A stretch of 64,000 nt of DNA, from the IMG/VR virus record IMGVR_UViG_3300049198_000021, positions 32,001-96,000 of that record. The stretch is one strand, 5' to 3'. Positions 1-9,116 of this stretch are shown here, in pieces. How positions within the stretch are numbered: the first letter of the stretch is position 1; the number at the start of each line of letters is the position of its first letter. Below the pieces are notes generated by a model that was given only the letters and a program-made list of their open reading frames with translations, did no database searches and was not told the DNA's origin. This DNA comes from a virus. Taxonomy: Duplodnaviria > Caudoviricetes. Made by a program: the position numbers and the translations under genes.

Positions 1-712
1 CGTTCCCCGCCCGGTTGGCTTCGGTGTCGATCATGACGATCCCCTTGGCACCCAGACCCTTCGATGCGATCGCGATGTTCTTGTTCGGACCGAACAGCCG
101 GTCGTCGCTGACGTGGCGACGATAGCTGATCCGGGTGAAAGTGCCGTGCAGCTTTTCGGTGACGACAACCGGCTCGCCCGGCTCGAAGAAATCGGGCCAG
201 CGCTGAATCGAGTCGAAGTCGTAGGTCAGTGCGAACTCGGGAATGCCGGCTGCGTCGCCGTTCATTCCCGCCGGGACTGGGGGCTCATACTTCGTGATGC
301 CGAAGAGTTCAGCCACGTCGCTGCCTTCGGTGAAGTAGATGTCGTAGCCTGCCCGATCGATCTCGTCGAACACGCCGAAGTCTTCGTCAGGTGTCGGCAG
401 CGGCCAGACGAGCCCCTGCGAGTAGACGCCCCGCAGGCGGATGATCTTGACGCGATCACCCTGCTTGCCGGCCAGCATACCGGTGTCCTTCTCTTCGTTC
501 CAGTATCCATAGCGCTTGAGCAGGTCGTGAGGGACCACAGCCGCTTCGGGCACGTAGATGATCAGATCGCCGGTTTGGTAGCGGTGGCTCCCGTCCTCGT
601 TCTTGGCTGTGATTGCCCGGTAGCCGAGGATGGTGCAGATCGACAGGCGATCCGCATCGGGATGATCTTCCACCGCGTCGATGCGGCGAACCTTGACTTC
701 GAAGTTGCTCAT
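1..712 (-). CDS. ATP-dependent RNA ligase, DRB0094/Rnl2-like with N-terminal OB-fold (runs off window start)
   Basis: Own translation from ATG at 712: MSNFEVKVRRIDAVEDHPDADRL...LRGVYSQGL...FGITKYEPP...VVVTEKLHGT (ligase motif I, KxHG). GGAGA RBS upstream. Not in the ORF track. Confidence 0.85.
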   Translation of the reverse strand, partial: MSNFEVKVRRIDAVEDHPDADRLSICTILGYRAITAKNEDGSHRYQTGDLIIYVPEAAVVPHDLLKRYGYWNEEKDTGMLAGKQGDRVKIIRLRGVYSQGLVWPLPTPDEDFGVFDEIDRAGYDIYFTEGSDVAELFGITKYEPPVPAGMNGDAAGIPEFALTYDFDSIQRWPDFFEPGEPVVVTEKLHGTFTRISYRRHVSDDRLFGPNKNIAIASKGLGAKGIVMIDTEANRAGN

Positions 713-730
713 GTTGTGTCTCCCTGTTTC

Positions 731-946
731 TCAGTCGTCAGCGTTGACGCGCTCGATGTAGTTGATGATCCCTGCGATCTGGGTGTCCGTCGCATCGAGA
801 ACGACGAACTGGCTATCCAGAATGCCCTTGTCTTCGATGAACCGGATGCCGGCTCGTTGAAGAGCCCGCCGGAACGGACCGCGAATCAACAAGCCGGCAG
901 TTACCGGGAAGCGTGATGTGTCTTCCGGGAAGGTATAGATTTTCAT
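731..946 (-). CDS. hypothetical protein
   Basis: Packed between neighbours in the minus-strand operon. Confidence 0.6.
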   Translation of the reverse strand: MKIYTFPEDTSRFPVTAGLLIRGPFRRALQRAGIRFIEDKGILDSQFVVLDATDTQIAGIINYIERVNADD

Positions 947-947
947 C

Positions 948-1925
948 TCAGGTGGTCAACTGGAAGTGATGAAGCTGGATGACCAGTTCATCGATTCCCA
1001 CCTGATCAGACTTGCCCGGTAGCGGAGAGGCCAGTGCGGCAGCATCCACTTCCTCCACCATCTGTTCGAGGATGGGGGCCACGTCGTTGTAGTTGAACTC
1101 GCCGCGCTTGACGGCCAGAAGGTAGGCGGCGTCCGGGCGGGGAAACGTGATGTGACCGGTCAGCAGCAGTTCCTTGGCCTGCCCGGCGACGCGGATCGCA
1201 TGGCTGATTGCCTTCCAGTCGATGCCTTGGTTGTCCATGGCAGCGCGGGCCCGATCGCCGTAGTTCTCGTAGACCTTCGAATAGATGTCCAGAGCGTTCT
1301 TGATCGAGTTGGTGAATGGCACCTTGCGATCCACCACGTCGAGGTGGAGGATTTCCTTACCGGCTTGGCTCGGGATGTTGATGATCTCCGAGAACTCGTG
1401 AGTCCCGCAGAAGATCGTAAGCTCTGTGGAAAGCTCGCTCAGCTTGGCCGTCGTTCCGTGTTCACGCACAGCGTGATCCAGCATGACGACGAGATCGCGA
1501 CAAGCGGCCATGCGCGAGCCTTTGATGCCATACTTGGCAGCCTGCCGCTGGCAGTAACCGACGAATCCTTTGCACTGCTTGTTGAGCAGCAAGTGCTTGT
1601 TGTCCCGGATCAGTTCCCAGTCGGGGTCCATCTCGACGATTGCCCAATCTGGGGCGAACAGAAGTTCAGTGCCGACGGTATCACCGCTGGTGACCATCTT
1701 GAGGAACTTCTGGAGCGGGAACGACTGATCGTCCACGTCATCCTGCGTGTTCTTCGTGGTGTTGTCGCCGGTTCCCTTGTCGATGACGTTGGGAACACGC
1801 TGGAGCAGGATGTCACGCCCGGAGGGCAGGAACACGCCCTTGAAGTCCAGATCGGACGTTGGGGTGTTGGTGCCGTAGAGGTGCGATCCGTGCTGAATGC
1901 GGAGGAGTGTCTTTGCGGGTTGCAT
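948..1925 (-). CDS. Pol-beta-superfamily nucleotidyltransferase (RlaP / T4 NrdC.11-like)
   Basis: HGSHLYGTNTPTSDLDFKGVF motif (GS...DxD); C-terminal KAISHAIR...LLAVKRG helical domain. Confidence 0.85.
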   Translation of the reverse strand: MQPAKTLLRIQHGSHLYGTNTPTSDLDFKGVFLPSGRDILLQRVPNVIDKGTGDNTTKNTQDDVDDQSFPLQKFLKMVTSGDTVGTELLFAPDWAIVEMDPDWELIRDNKHLLLNKQCKGFVGYCQRQAAKYGIKGSRMAACRDLVVMLDHAVREHGTTAKLSELSTELTIFCGTHEFSEIINIPSQAGKEILHLDVVDRKVPFTNSIKNALDIYSKVYENYGDRARAAMDNQGIDWKAISHAIRVAGQAKELLLTGHITFPRPDAAYLLAVKRGEFNYNDVAPILEQMVEEVDAAALASPLPGKSDQVGIDELVIQLHHFQLTT

Positions 1926-2104
1926 CAGCGAATGGGTTCCTTGTATTGGGCGACGGTCACCTTGAGGACGCCGCCATCGTTGTCATAGACGAAAAAGGTC
2001 GCTGCATCGGCTTCGACCTTGACCTCGCTGGTGTCCGTTATCGCGGCACGCTGTGCGGTCTTGTTACGAAAAGCCCGTGCAAGGCTGCTGGGTGTGACGC
2101 TCAT
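1925..2104 (-). CDS. hypothetical protein (59 aa)
   Basis: Own translation MSVTPSSLARAF...QYKEPIR; start/stop overlaps with both neighbours. Confidence 0.6.
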   Translation of the reverse strand: MSVTPSSLARAFRNKTAQRAAITDTSEVKVEADAATFFVYDNDGGVLKVTVAQYKEPIR

Positions 2105-2661
2105 GCGGCTTTCTTCATGTCAGGGACGTTCTTCATCCGGCGGGTCGGCCATTGGTTGAAGGGCTTACCCAGCTTCGAGTAGTTGACGATCTGCTGGGTT
2201 TTCCATGCCTGAACTTCCCCGTCCGGCTTGGTGACAACCAGCGTCGAGTATCCCCACACATGGTTGCCGTGCAGTTTCGCGTTTTTCACCTCGCCGATCT
2301 TTTTGACCAGCTTGATCACGAATGAATCGTAGTCGGCTGCCGCCCATTCCATGCGCTGTTCGATGAAGCGCTTGGCCTTATCTTCGTCGATAACCACGAA
2401 GTAGGGTTCGTTGCTCCGATAGCTGGGGCGGTGATCCGGGTGGGCCTTGGTAACCGAGTGGAACTCGTTGTAGCGCATCCGGGAAGTGGCGTAGGTCATC
2501 CCGTAAGACGAGTGCTTCGGATAAGGGGCGGCTTGGTTGATGTCGCCTCCAGCCGCTTCCAGATCGGAACGTATGCGTTCGATGTCCCGTTCGGCCGTTT
2601 CCTTGGCACGAGCGATGGCATCTTTCTTGAGCGGCAAGACGGCTTTTTCGATGGGGTTCAT
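2101..2661 (-). CDS. hypothetical phage protein
   Basis: GGAGA RBS, first gene after a class-2 promoter. Confidence 0.75.
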   Translation of the reverse strand: MNPIEKAVLPLKKDAIARAKETAERDIERIRSDLEAAGGDINQAAPYPKHSSYGMTYATSRMRYNEFHSVTKAHPDHRPSYRSNEPYFVVIDEDKAKRFIEQRMEWAAADYDSFVIKLVKKIGEVKNAKLHGNHVWGYSTLVVTKPDGEVQAWKTQQIVNYSKLGKPFNQWPTRRMKNVPDMKKAA

Positions 2662-2696
2662 GTGTCTGTCTCCTGTGATTCGTTGTCGATGACCGG

Positions 2697-2725
2697 CAAT
2701 TAGGACAAATCTTCCGGTTCGTCAA
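2697..2725 (-). promoter_or_regulatory. class-2 phage promoter, copy 1 of 10
   Basis: TTGACG-AACCGGAAGATTTGTCC-TAATTG, 17-bp spacer with conserved CCGGAAGAWT core. Confidence 0.75.
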
Positions 2726-2735
2726 CCGCTTTTTA

Positions 2736-2996
2736 TCAACCAGCGACTGAGTGAACAGCGGCGGGGAATATGAGACTAGCGGTGCTTCCGGCCCCGGCAT
2801 CATCTACGGCACTGCCGTAGTCGCAGTTGCTCTTATCCATCAAGCGGTCGATTTCCGAATCCTTCGTCCGATCATAGATCGTCACATCAGGATCGCCGAT
2901 GGTATAGAACCCGAGGCGATTACTGGGGCAGGAATCAAGGACGGTCTGCACGTCCTTTATCCATTTCAATTCGGCCTTTGTGAGCTTCATGGTCAT
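2736..2996 (-). CDS. hypothetical protein
   Basis: ORF track; coupled to upstream gene. Confidence 0.65.
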   Translation of the reverse strand: MTMKLTKAELKWIKDVQTVLDSCPSNRLGFYTIGDPDVTIYDRTKDSEIDRLMDKSNCDYGSAVDDAGAGSTASLIFPAAVHSVAG

Positions 2997-3271
2997 CAGT
3001 CCGTCGCCCAGTCATCGAACCGGTCGTAGGCTGCTTGCGCCGCTTCCCAGATTTCCTTGTCGAGCCCATCCAGCGTCTCTTGCAGGAACGGGCAGTCAGG
3101 GCCGCCGGGGCCGGCTTCCGCCTGCATCTCGTCGAACATCGTCTGTGCGTTCTGGATGTGGATTTCGTAGCCCGGCTTCCCGTTTGCCGTCATGAAACGC
3201 AGAGCTTGGGCGGTCGCCGGGCAGGTGTAGGGATTGGCCGGCTTGCGGAGACGGTTGACGTTGCAGATCAT
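2996..3271 (-). CDS. hypothetical protein
   Basis: ORF track; start moved to the ATG after GGAGG. Confidence 0.6.
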   Translation of the reverse strand: MICNVNRLRKPANPYTCPATAQALRFMTANGKPGYEIHIQNAQTMFDEMQAEAGPGGPDCPFLQETLDGLDKEIWEAAQAAYDRFDDWATD

Positions 3272-3282
3272 CGAGCCCTCCA

Positions 3283-3639
3283 TCACAGAAGCCAGAAGTG
3301 CCAGATAGCGGCACTCCCCCACGCCATGGTGAAGAAGGTGAAGTAGGCAAGCAATGCGCCGATGCCGCGATAGTAGGCCGGCCGTCCTTCGTCGTCGGGC
3401 GTTTTATGGATACCGAAGCTGGCCTTGAGCAGACCGACGATCAGGAAGACACCGATCGAGGTGTGCTTGGTGATCATTACCAAGCCGGCCGGGACCGCGA
3501 ACCAGCCCCAGATTTCCCGCAAAACGAACGCTCCGTAATAGACGCTCAAGAATGAGAGCGCCCCGAAGATCGCCCACATGACGGCCTTCCCGAGGATTTC
3601 CGCGACGAGCGTCGTGGTGTCGTAATCGAGCTTCTTCAT
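3283..3639 (-). CDS. membrane protein
   Basis: Three hydrophobic segments. Confidence 0.7.
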   Translation of the reverse strand: MKKLDYDTTTLVAEILGKAVMWAIFGALSFLSVYYGAFVLREIWGWFAVPAGLVMITKHTSIGVFLIVGLLKASFGIHKTPDDEGRPAYYRGIGALLAYFTFFTMAWGSAAIWHFWLL

Positions 3640-3935
3640 GCTGCATCTCCATCGCGGAAGCCAAGCAGGCCCCGCTCAAAGAAAACACCGGTAACGTAGT
3701 CTTCCGGCGAATTTCCTTCGAGGAAGAGTTCGTAGGCGAGATCGAGGGAGAACCCATCGGTCTCCTGATCACCGTCGAGGCCCTGTTCGATGGTGGTCAC
3801 ACCCGCATCGACCAAAAGGTCAACGGCGCGTTCCATGAAATCGGCGTAAGCCTTATCATCAGCCGACTGGCCGCCCATTTCGTATTCGTGTTCGCGGCGA
3901 GCAAGCTCGGCGTCAGTGTGATCGTTGTCGAACAT
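3636..3935 (-). CDS. acidic hypothetical protein
   Basis: GGAGG RBS, follows a class-2 promoter. Confidence 0.7.
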   Translation of the reverse strand: MFDNDHTDAELARREHEYEMGGQSADDKAYADFMERAVDLLVDAGVTTIEQGLDGDQETDGFSLDLAYELFLEGNSPEDYVTGVFFERGLLGFRDGDAA

Positions 3936-3965
3936 TTTGCCTCCAATTCGTTGTTGATGCGAATC

Positions 3966-3994
3966 GGATTAGGATAAATCTTCCGGCTCGTCAA
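3966..3994 (-). promoter_or_regulatory. class-2 promoter copy
   Basis: TTGACG-AGCCGGAAGATTTATCC-TAATCC. Confidence 0.7.
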
Positions 3995-3997
3995 ACA

Positions 3998-4318
3998 CTA
4001 TTTCAGCTTGGCGAGAAGATTTTCCAACCAGTCCGCCAGTTGATCGTAGGTCGAGGTTCCCATCCGGGAACCCAGCGGCTCACCCTTGTCGAACAAGATC
4101 ATGGTAGGTGTTTGACGGACTTGATAAGTGCGCGTGATGTTGGGGTTCTTCTCCACGTCGATGTCTACGAGAAGGACTTCCTCGTAGTCGTCAGCGAGTT
4201 GATCGAGAAGCGGGTCGAGCATGGCCGAAGGGCCGCAGAAGGAAGCCTTGAAGACCAGCATGACCGGTCCCTTGGTTTCCTTCAACGCCTGTTCGAACGT
4301 GTTGTCGTCGATCTTCAT
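3998..4318 (-). CDS. thioredoxin-like protein with CxxS (FCGPS) site
   Basis: MKIDDNTFEQ...FKASFCGPS...VDIDVE...YQVRQTPTMILF: thioredoxin pattern including cis-Pro. Confidence 0.85.
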   Translation of the reverse strand: MKIDDNTFEQALKETKGPVMLVFKASFCGPSAMLDPLLDQLADDYEEVLLVDIDVEKNPNITRTYQVRQTPTMILFDKGEPLGSRMGTSTYDQLADWLENLLAKLK

Positions 4319-4319
4319 A

Positions 4320-4868
4320 TCAGCGCGGCGAGAAGTTGCTGGGCATCCGGCAAGCGCCGCGAGATTCCTTGATCGCCTGCGACGGCTTTGCCTTCGGCTG
4401 GCCCGGCGTGTAGGGCTTGGTGACTTCCACGAAGGCCGCATCGACGAAGTAGCCTTCCGGCATCTTCTTTTCCTTCGCATCCCACTTGGGATCGATGCTG
4501 ACCTGAATGGCCCCGTAGAGCGGCACATGGATGATGGTCACCGTCCCGGTCAATCCGTGGATAAGCGACTTGCACTCGTCACCCAGCTTGGTGTGAAGGT
4601 CCGCAGGGACTTCATCAGGCCGATGCCGGTCGGGTAGCGACTCGACCAGTTCGAGTCGGTTTCCGTCAAGCGTGTAAAATTCCCCCGGCTTGTTCCCTTC
4701 GGGAGCAAGTTCCAATGCGAAACGATCGCACCCCGTCATGTGATAGAAACGGGCGGTCGCGATACCTTCAAGGCCATTGATCTTGTCGCGCACCTTGTCG
4801 CCGAGGCGGAAAGGCCACGTCAGCGAGCCGGGCTGCTGGATGATGGGTTTATCGCTGTTCTTCGCCAT
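4320..4868 (-). CDS. hypothetical protein with two internal repeats (SH3/KOW-like)
   Basis: LGDKVRDKINGLEGIAT versus LGDECKSLIHGLTGTVT; GGAGA RBS. Confidence 0.7.
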   Translation of the reverse strand: MAKNSDKPIIQQPGSLTWPFRLGDKVRDKINGLEGIATARFYHMTGCDRFALELAPEGNKPGEFYTLDGNRLELVESLPDRHRPDEVPADLHTKLGDECKSLIHGLTGTVTIIHVPLYGAIQVSIDPKWDAKEKKMPEGYFVDAAFVEVTKPYTPGQPKAKPSQAIKESRGACRMPSNFSPR

Positions 4869-4879
4869 GAGTTGTCTCC

Positions 4880-5236
4880 TTAAAGATTGGTTCCGAGTTC
4901 AAGAATATCTTCCGGGACTTCGTAATCATCCCATGCTTTGTTGATATTCCCTGCGTTGTCTGTTTCGTCAAGCGCAAAAGCCATACCAGCCTCAAACCCG
5001 CTTCGGAAAGCGTGTTCACCAGTGCCAACGAGAAGATCGGAAACCCGTCCGCTGTTTGCGAACATATCCTGATCACCGACAGGGACAATTGCGATGCCGT
5101 CCAGTGGGATAGCCACGGTGTTCTTCCCATCAAAGTGGGTGATCATGTGACCGGGGTATCCCGCTTGTTCGAGCGCGACTGCGATGTATTCCCACGCCGC
5201 GAGGGGGACTGGTAAATAGGCGACAGTGTTGGTCAT
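4880..5236 (-). CDS. hypothetical protein
   Basis: ORF track; ATGA overlap. Confidence 0.6.
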   Translation of the reverse strand: MTNTVAYLPVPLAAWEYIAVALEQAGYPGHMITHFDGKNTVAIPLDGIAIVPVGDQDMFANSGRVSDLLVGTGEHAFRSGFEAGMAFALDETDNAGNINKAWDDYEVPEDILELGTNL

Positions 5237-5469
5237 TGAGCCCGTTCTTTCTTCCATAGATACCAAGCATATTGCCGGGCTTCTGCTGGCATTTTCATCA
5301 GCGCTGCGATGCGTAGCTCTTGTTCCCGCCGGAACAGAGCCGGGAGTCTTTCTAGGATTCCCTGCTCAATCCGGATTTGATCATCGAGTCGTTCAACTTG
5401 GCGCTTGGCGGCGTGAGGGCAATCGGCTGTTGGGCCGGTCCCGCTTGTCATGAACTCTGGTCTCTTCAT
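5233..5469 (-). CDS. hypothetical protein
   Basis: ORF track; coupled. Confidence 0.55.
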   Translation of the reverse strand: MKRPEFMTSGTGPTADCPHAAKRQVERLDDQIRIEQGILERLPALFRREQELRIAALMKMPAEARQYAWYLWKKERAQ

Positions 5470-6350
5470 CAGTAGTAGCTCCGCAAGAACTCGCGCTGAG
5501 GGTCGCTTAGTCCTTTTGCAACCCGCGCTGTGCTGTGTCCTCGAAGCTCCCGGTTGATTCGTTCCTCACTCCGCCCTCGTAATTCACGGGCCTTGTGTTG
5601 GGCTGCCCGGAAATCTTTCCGAGAGACCTGAATGGTCCGATCATCAAGAACCAGAAGAGCAATCGGGTGGGGATCACCGAAGCGCTGTAGTATCAACCCC
5701 TCGTCGAAACCCATATCGTTATAGATCAGGTATTCAACAAGTTGTTGAAAATCCGTGTCAGGTGAAATCTCCTCAGGGAGAGGGGCGGGGTCGTGCATCC
5801 AGAATGGCTGCCCGGATGCCCGTGCTTTATCCCAGTCAGGGTTCAGCCAGAAGGCGCTCGGATGCTTCTTGAAGGCTTCCAGACGCGCCCGGTCTTCGTC
5901 CCAGTCCGTTGTCTCAGGACGAAGGACATGCTCTGGCTTTGGTTCGGGCTTCGGTGGTGTCCGTTCATTGTAGAACCAGATCACGGATTCACTCACACCT
6001 TCCGGGTTCGCCCATCGGCCGGGGCTCTTTTTCCCAGCATAATTATAGGACGCATATTTGTAGTCGATCGACCAATGTGTGTAGACCCCAGTGAACTTCT
6101 TCCGGATTTCCCGGTCAAGTCCCGCCGGGCCACCGGTGGCGAGCGCCGAACGAATCTCATAGCGAGCCATTCGCGCACTCGCCTTGAGATCGAGTTCGGT
6201 CTTTCGCATCCGGAAGATGTCACCAATCGTCGGCTGGCCGCTTGCCCGTCGATCCGGTGTGATCACACGAAGGGTCCAGATTGCTTCGGCAATCACGTAG
6301 GCGGACAGAAGAGCCACGCATCCATAGATAACCATAGCCAGCGTCGTCAT
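5469..6350 (-). CDS. membrane-anchored hypothetical protein
   Basis: N-terminal TM segment; ATGA overlap with kinase gene. Confidence 0.65.
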   Translation of the reverse strand: MTTLAMVIYGCVALLSAYVIAEAIWTLRVITPDRRASGQPTIGDIFRMRKTELDLKASARMARYEIRSALATGGPAGLDREIRKKFTGVYTHWSIDYKYASYNYAGKKSPGRWANPEGVSESVIWFYNERTPPKPEPKPEHVLRPETTDWDEDRARLEAFKKHPSAFWLNPDWDKARASGQPFWMHDPAPLPEEISPDTDFQQLVEYLIYNDMGFDEGLILQRFGDPHPIALLVLDDRTIQVSRKDFRAAQHKARELRGRSEERINRELRGHSTARVAKGLSDPQREFLRSYY

Positions 6351-6814
6351 ACGTAGAGCCGATCGAAATCGGAGTTCTTCCACCACGCCTTGGGGTCTTC
6401 GAACTCGGCGATCTTTTCCAGCAAAATCTCTTCCGGAACGCGGTGTGCGTGCGGCCGGATGCGATTGCAGGTCAGTAGGAACTCAGCCGACCGTTCGATG
6501 ATCATCAGCTTCACATCCTGACGCTGCGAGATCGCGTAGTAGATGAACGGCTGGACGGCCTCGTAGACAAGGCCCGTGTCGGTCACTGCCCACTCAGGGG
6601 TCGGCCACTTCTCCATGGCACTGAGCATGGTGTGCGTGATGATCTGCGAGCGCTGGTCACGAGGCATCGCGCTCTCGTGGTAGGCTCGCCGGCTTCCCCA
6701 CAGAGCTTCCCGGAAGCGGTCACGCTCCAGACGCAGGTAGTTCTCCGGGAGATGCTTGTCAGCCCAAGTGGACTTACCAGCGCCGGGGCAACCGATGGTG
6801 ATGAACAAACTCAT
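6347..6814 (-). CDS. stand-alone polynucleotide-kinase-type P-loop kinase (T4 PNK kinase domain-like)
   Basis: GCPGAGKST Walker A, RDRFR motif, RNxxR-like lid CNRIR; no phosphatase domain. Confidence 0.75.
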   Translation of the reverse strand: MSLFITIGCPGAGKSTWADKHLPENYLRLERDRFREALWGSRRAYHESAMPRDQRSQIITHTMLSAMEKWPTPEWAVTDTGLVYEAVQPFIYYAISQRQDVKLMIIERSAEFLLTCNRIRPHAHRVPEEILLEKIAEFEDPKAWWKNSDFDRLYV

Positions 6815-7506
6815 TCGCCATTGCTCCCTTCGAGGCTGAGGACGATCGGGTCAGTCGGACCGGCGAGGGCTTCCACACCGGCACGCTGGATCAGGTTCTG
6901 GATGTAGCCGTGGATTTCGACCTTGGCTCTCTCAGTCTCGGCTTCCATGTGTTCGCCGAACTGATCGACCACGAAAGGAGCAGACGAATTGATCTTGGCC
7001 TTGGCTGTTCGAGCCCGGCTAACCAGATCGTCGATCTTCTTCTTCGACAGCCCGCTTGCCAGCAAGGCTTCTTCGAGTTCATCCAGAGCGCCCAGAGCTT
7101 CGTCGAAGTCTTTCTGGAACTCTTTGCCGAACTGATCGGCCCGGCTCTTGGGATTCGGCAACATCGGCAAACGCCCCTTGCCTGCGATCCATTCAAGGGT
7201 GCAAGGCACGCCGCTGCCGTTGTTGAGCGACGATACGAAGGTTGCCCACTGTGCCTCAGAAAGCGCGATCTGAATCAACTGCTCCCGCTCGAAGTGCCAG
7301 TCACGCGACAGGTCGCGGTTCAATTCGCTGGCCTTGATCGTGATGTTGATGAAACCGTTGTGGGTGAAGTCCGAACCATATAGGTTCGTATGTCCATTCA
7401 CCCGGCTGGCGCTGATCTGCCCGAACGCGGGGTGTGTCGTGACGGTCCGCTCTTTGCCTCCAAAGCCGTCGGCCGGCTTGGTGATGGGTTCTTCGACGTT
7501 GCTCAT
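6811..7506 (-). CDS. hypothetical phage protein
   Basis: ORF track; start MSNVEE. Confidence 0.7.
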   Translation of the reverse strand: MSNVEEPITKPADGFGGKERTVTTHPAFGQISASRVNGHTNLYGSDFTHNGFINITIKASELNRDLSRDWHFEREQLIQIALSEAQWATFVSSLNNGSGVPCTLEWIAGKGRLPMLPNPKSRADQFGKEFQKDFDEALGALDELEEALLASGLSKKKIDDLVSRARTAKAKINSSAPFVVDQFGEHMEAETERAKVEIHGYIQNLIQRAGVEALAGPTDPIVLSLEGSNGE

Positions 7507-7508
7507 GT

Positions 7509-7805
7509 TCAACCAACCATCTCCGGGAGTTTGTAGGTGTGGGCGATCAGCCAGCGGCGAAGCTCGACGAATGCCTGATCCTTCGACTGGTAGGTGAGAC
7601 CGACATTGATGATCTTGGTGTCCGCCTTGTTGGCCGGGATCGCCCGGACCTGCTTCGTCCACTTGTCGGTGGAGATGCTGCCAATAACGGTGTCGCTCGC
7701 GTCCTTGATGATCTGGAAGCGCTGCACACCATCCTTGGTCTCAGTTATGGTCACCGGGATTCCGAGGATGAGGCGCTTGAAGGTCATTTCCTTGATACCA
7801 GCCAT
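7509..7805 (-). CDS. hypothetical protein
   Basis: GGAGA RBS after class-2 promoter. Confidence 0.7.
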   Translation of the reverse strand: MAGIKEMTFKRLILGIPVTITETKDGVQRFQIIKDASDTVIGSISTDKWTKQVRAIPANKADTKIINVGLTYQSKDQAFVELRRWLIAHTYKLPEMVG

Positions 7806-7838
7806 TTGTCTTGTCTCCGATTCGTTGTTGATGACAAA

Positions 7839-7867
7839 CGAATAGGAAGATTCGTCCGGCTGGTCAA
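7839..7867 (-). promoter_or_regulatory. class-2 promoter copy
   Basis: TTGACC-AGCCGGACGAATCTTCC-TATTCG. Confidence 0.65.
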
Positions 7868-7870
7868 GCG

Positions 7871-8188
7871 CTATTTTAAGACATCAGTGGGATGCCAACC
7901 TCGGCTCGGAAGCTTACGATCGGGCCAGACTACTTCGGGGCCAGACAACCACCGCCACTGGACATTACCTGTCTCTTGCACCTTACCATCTGCACGCAGA
8001 GGATGCGACGTATGGTTATGATAGTAGCCGCCGATGATGTAGGGCTCGCCCCAAGCGTCGTAGTGGACTTGGGTGGTCCAGAACTTCGCAGGAATCTGTA
8101 GTCCCCGGACTTGGACAAAAGTCTTTTCCGTTGCAAGCGACCGACGGGTTTCACCGCCGAATAGGAGTCTTTCGAAGAACTTCATCAT
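7871..8188 (-). CDS. hypothetical protein
   Basis: ORF track; coupled. Confidence 0.6.
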   Translation of the reverse strand: MMKFFERLLFGGETRRSLATEKTFVQVRGLQIPAKFWTTQVHYDAWGEPYIIGGYYHNHTSHPLRADGKVQETGNVQWRWLSGPEVVWPDRKLPSRGWHPTDVLK

Positions 8189-8433
8189 GAGTCATCCCCT
8201 TCTTCGTGGCAGCAATCTTCACATTTCCACTCATCGTGGTCGGCACACATCTCGCTGATCTCGAACCACCACTCACAGCCTTCGCAGCAGAAGACCAGCG
8301 AATCGATCCCGTAGCAAAACTCGGAATCCAGTTCCGCATCCTCCATCTCGTGGCGCTCTAAGATGGCCGCCAATGACATACACGTCCCTTGGAGTTCGTA
8401 GGCGATGTCTTCGGAGGTCTTCGCCCAAGTCAC
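8185..8433 (-). CDS. acidic Cys-rich (Zn-binding) protein
   Basis: CEGC...CEDC pairs. Confidence 0.65.
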   Translation of the reverse strand: MTWAKTSEDIAYELQGTCMSLAAILERHEMEDAELDSEFCYGIDSLVFCCEGCEWWFEISEMCADHDEWKCEDCCHEEGDDS

Positions 8434-8675
8434 TTACGAAGCTCCTTCTTGGTCTTCCGAAAACGGGCGGGGAGGTTGGGCAAAGCCTTGTAGAGATCGG
8501 TCTCCTTGCAGTGCTTGCAGGTCACCTGCTCACGATAAAGGGCGTTGGCGTGGTGGCTTGGCGCACCACACGCCACCTGAGTGGTGAACGGGATCAGGAC
8601 GTGGCACTTAGGGCGAAACTTCTTCACGGCCAACCACCTTCCATATACCAGTGACGCAGCGCTAGAGCGTCCCAT
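8430..8675 (-). CDS. hypothetical protein (start uncertain)
   Basis: H...ACG...VTCKHC pattern. Confidence 0.5.
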   Translation of the reverse strand: MGRSSAASLVYGRWLAVKKFRPKCHVLIPFTTQVACGAPSHHANALYREQVTCKHCKETDLYKALPNLPARFRKTKKELRK

Positions 8676-9115
8676 GCCGCGTTGTGCTGGACCGCTCCGG
8701 GCAATGTGGTCGGATACACATCGAGATGGCGCAGACAGACCAGATGGGTTTCGTTCCCCATCGGGACACCGGTGCCGGGTCCGGTGATGAACAAGTTCAT
8801 CAGGTCGGCGATGTCGCTCATCCAGTCAGCGTAGATCGTAGGCATGGCCCCATCGTCGTAGATGATGTCAGAGATCGCCGCGCCCCACTCGCTCGTCGGC
8901 ATGTGATACAAGATCGTCTGGGGTGGGACCGCATAGAGGATCGGCAAGACGTTCGCTTCCACCCACGGATCGAGCGTCTTCGACATGATCAGGTCGTTGA
9001 GCTTTTCGTCGTCGATGAAGTAGATGGTCTTCCCGTCTTGGCGCGTGATGGCGGCCGAGATGAGATCACCTCCGAAGCCGTTGAACTCAGTGTCGAAGAA
9101 AAAGCGCTTGTTCAT
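8624..9115 (-). CDS. DEDDh 3'-5' exo(ribo)nuclease-like protein
   Basis: FFDTEFN (Exo I), ADWMSD, HNAAWDA (Exo III). Confidence 0.75.
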   Translation of the reverse strand: MNKRFFFDTEFNGFGGDLISAAITRQDGKTIYFIDDEKLNDLIMSKTLDPWVEANVLPILYAVPPQTILYHMPTSEWGAAISDIIYDDGAMPTIYADWMSDIADLMNLFITGPGTGVPMGNETHLVCLRHLDVYPTTLPGAVQHNAAWDALALRHWYMEGGWP

Positions 9116-9116
9116 T

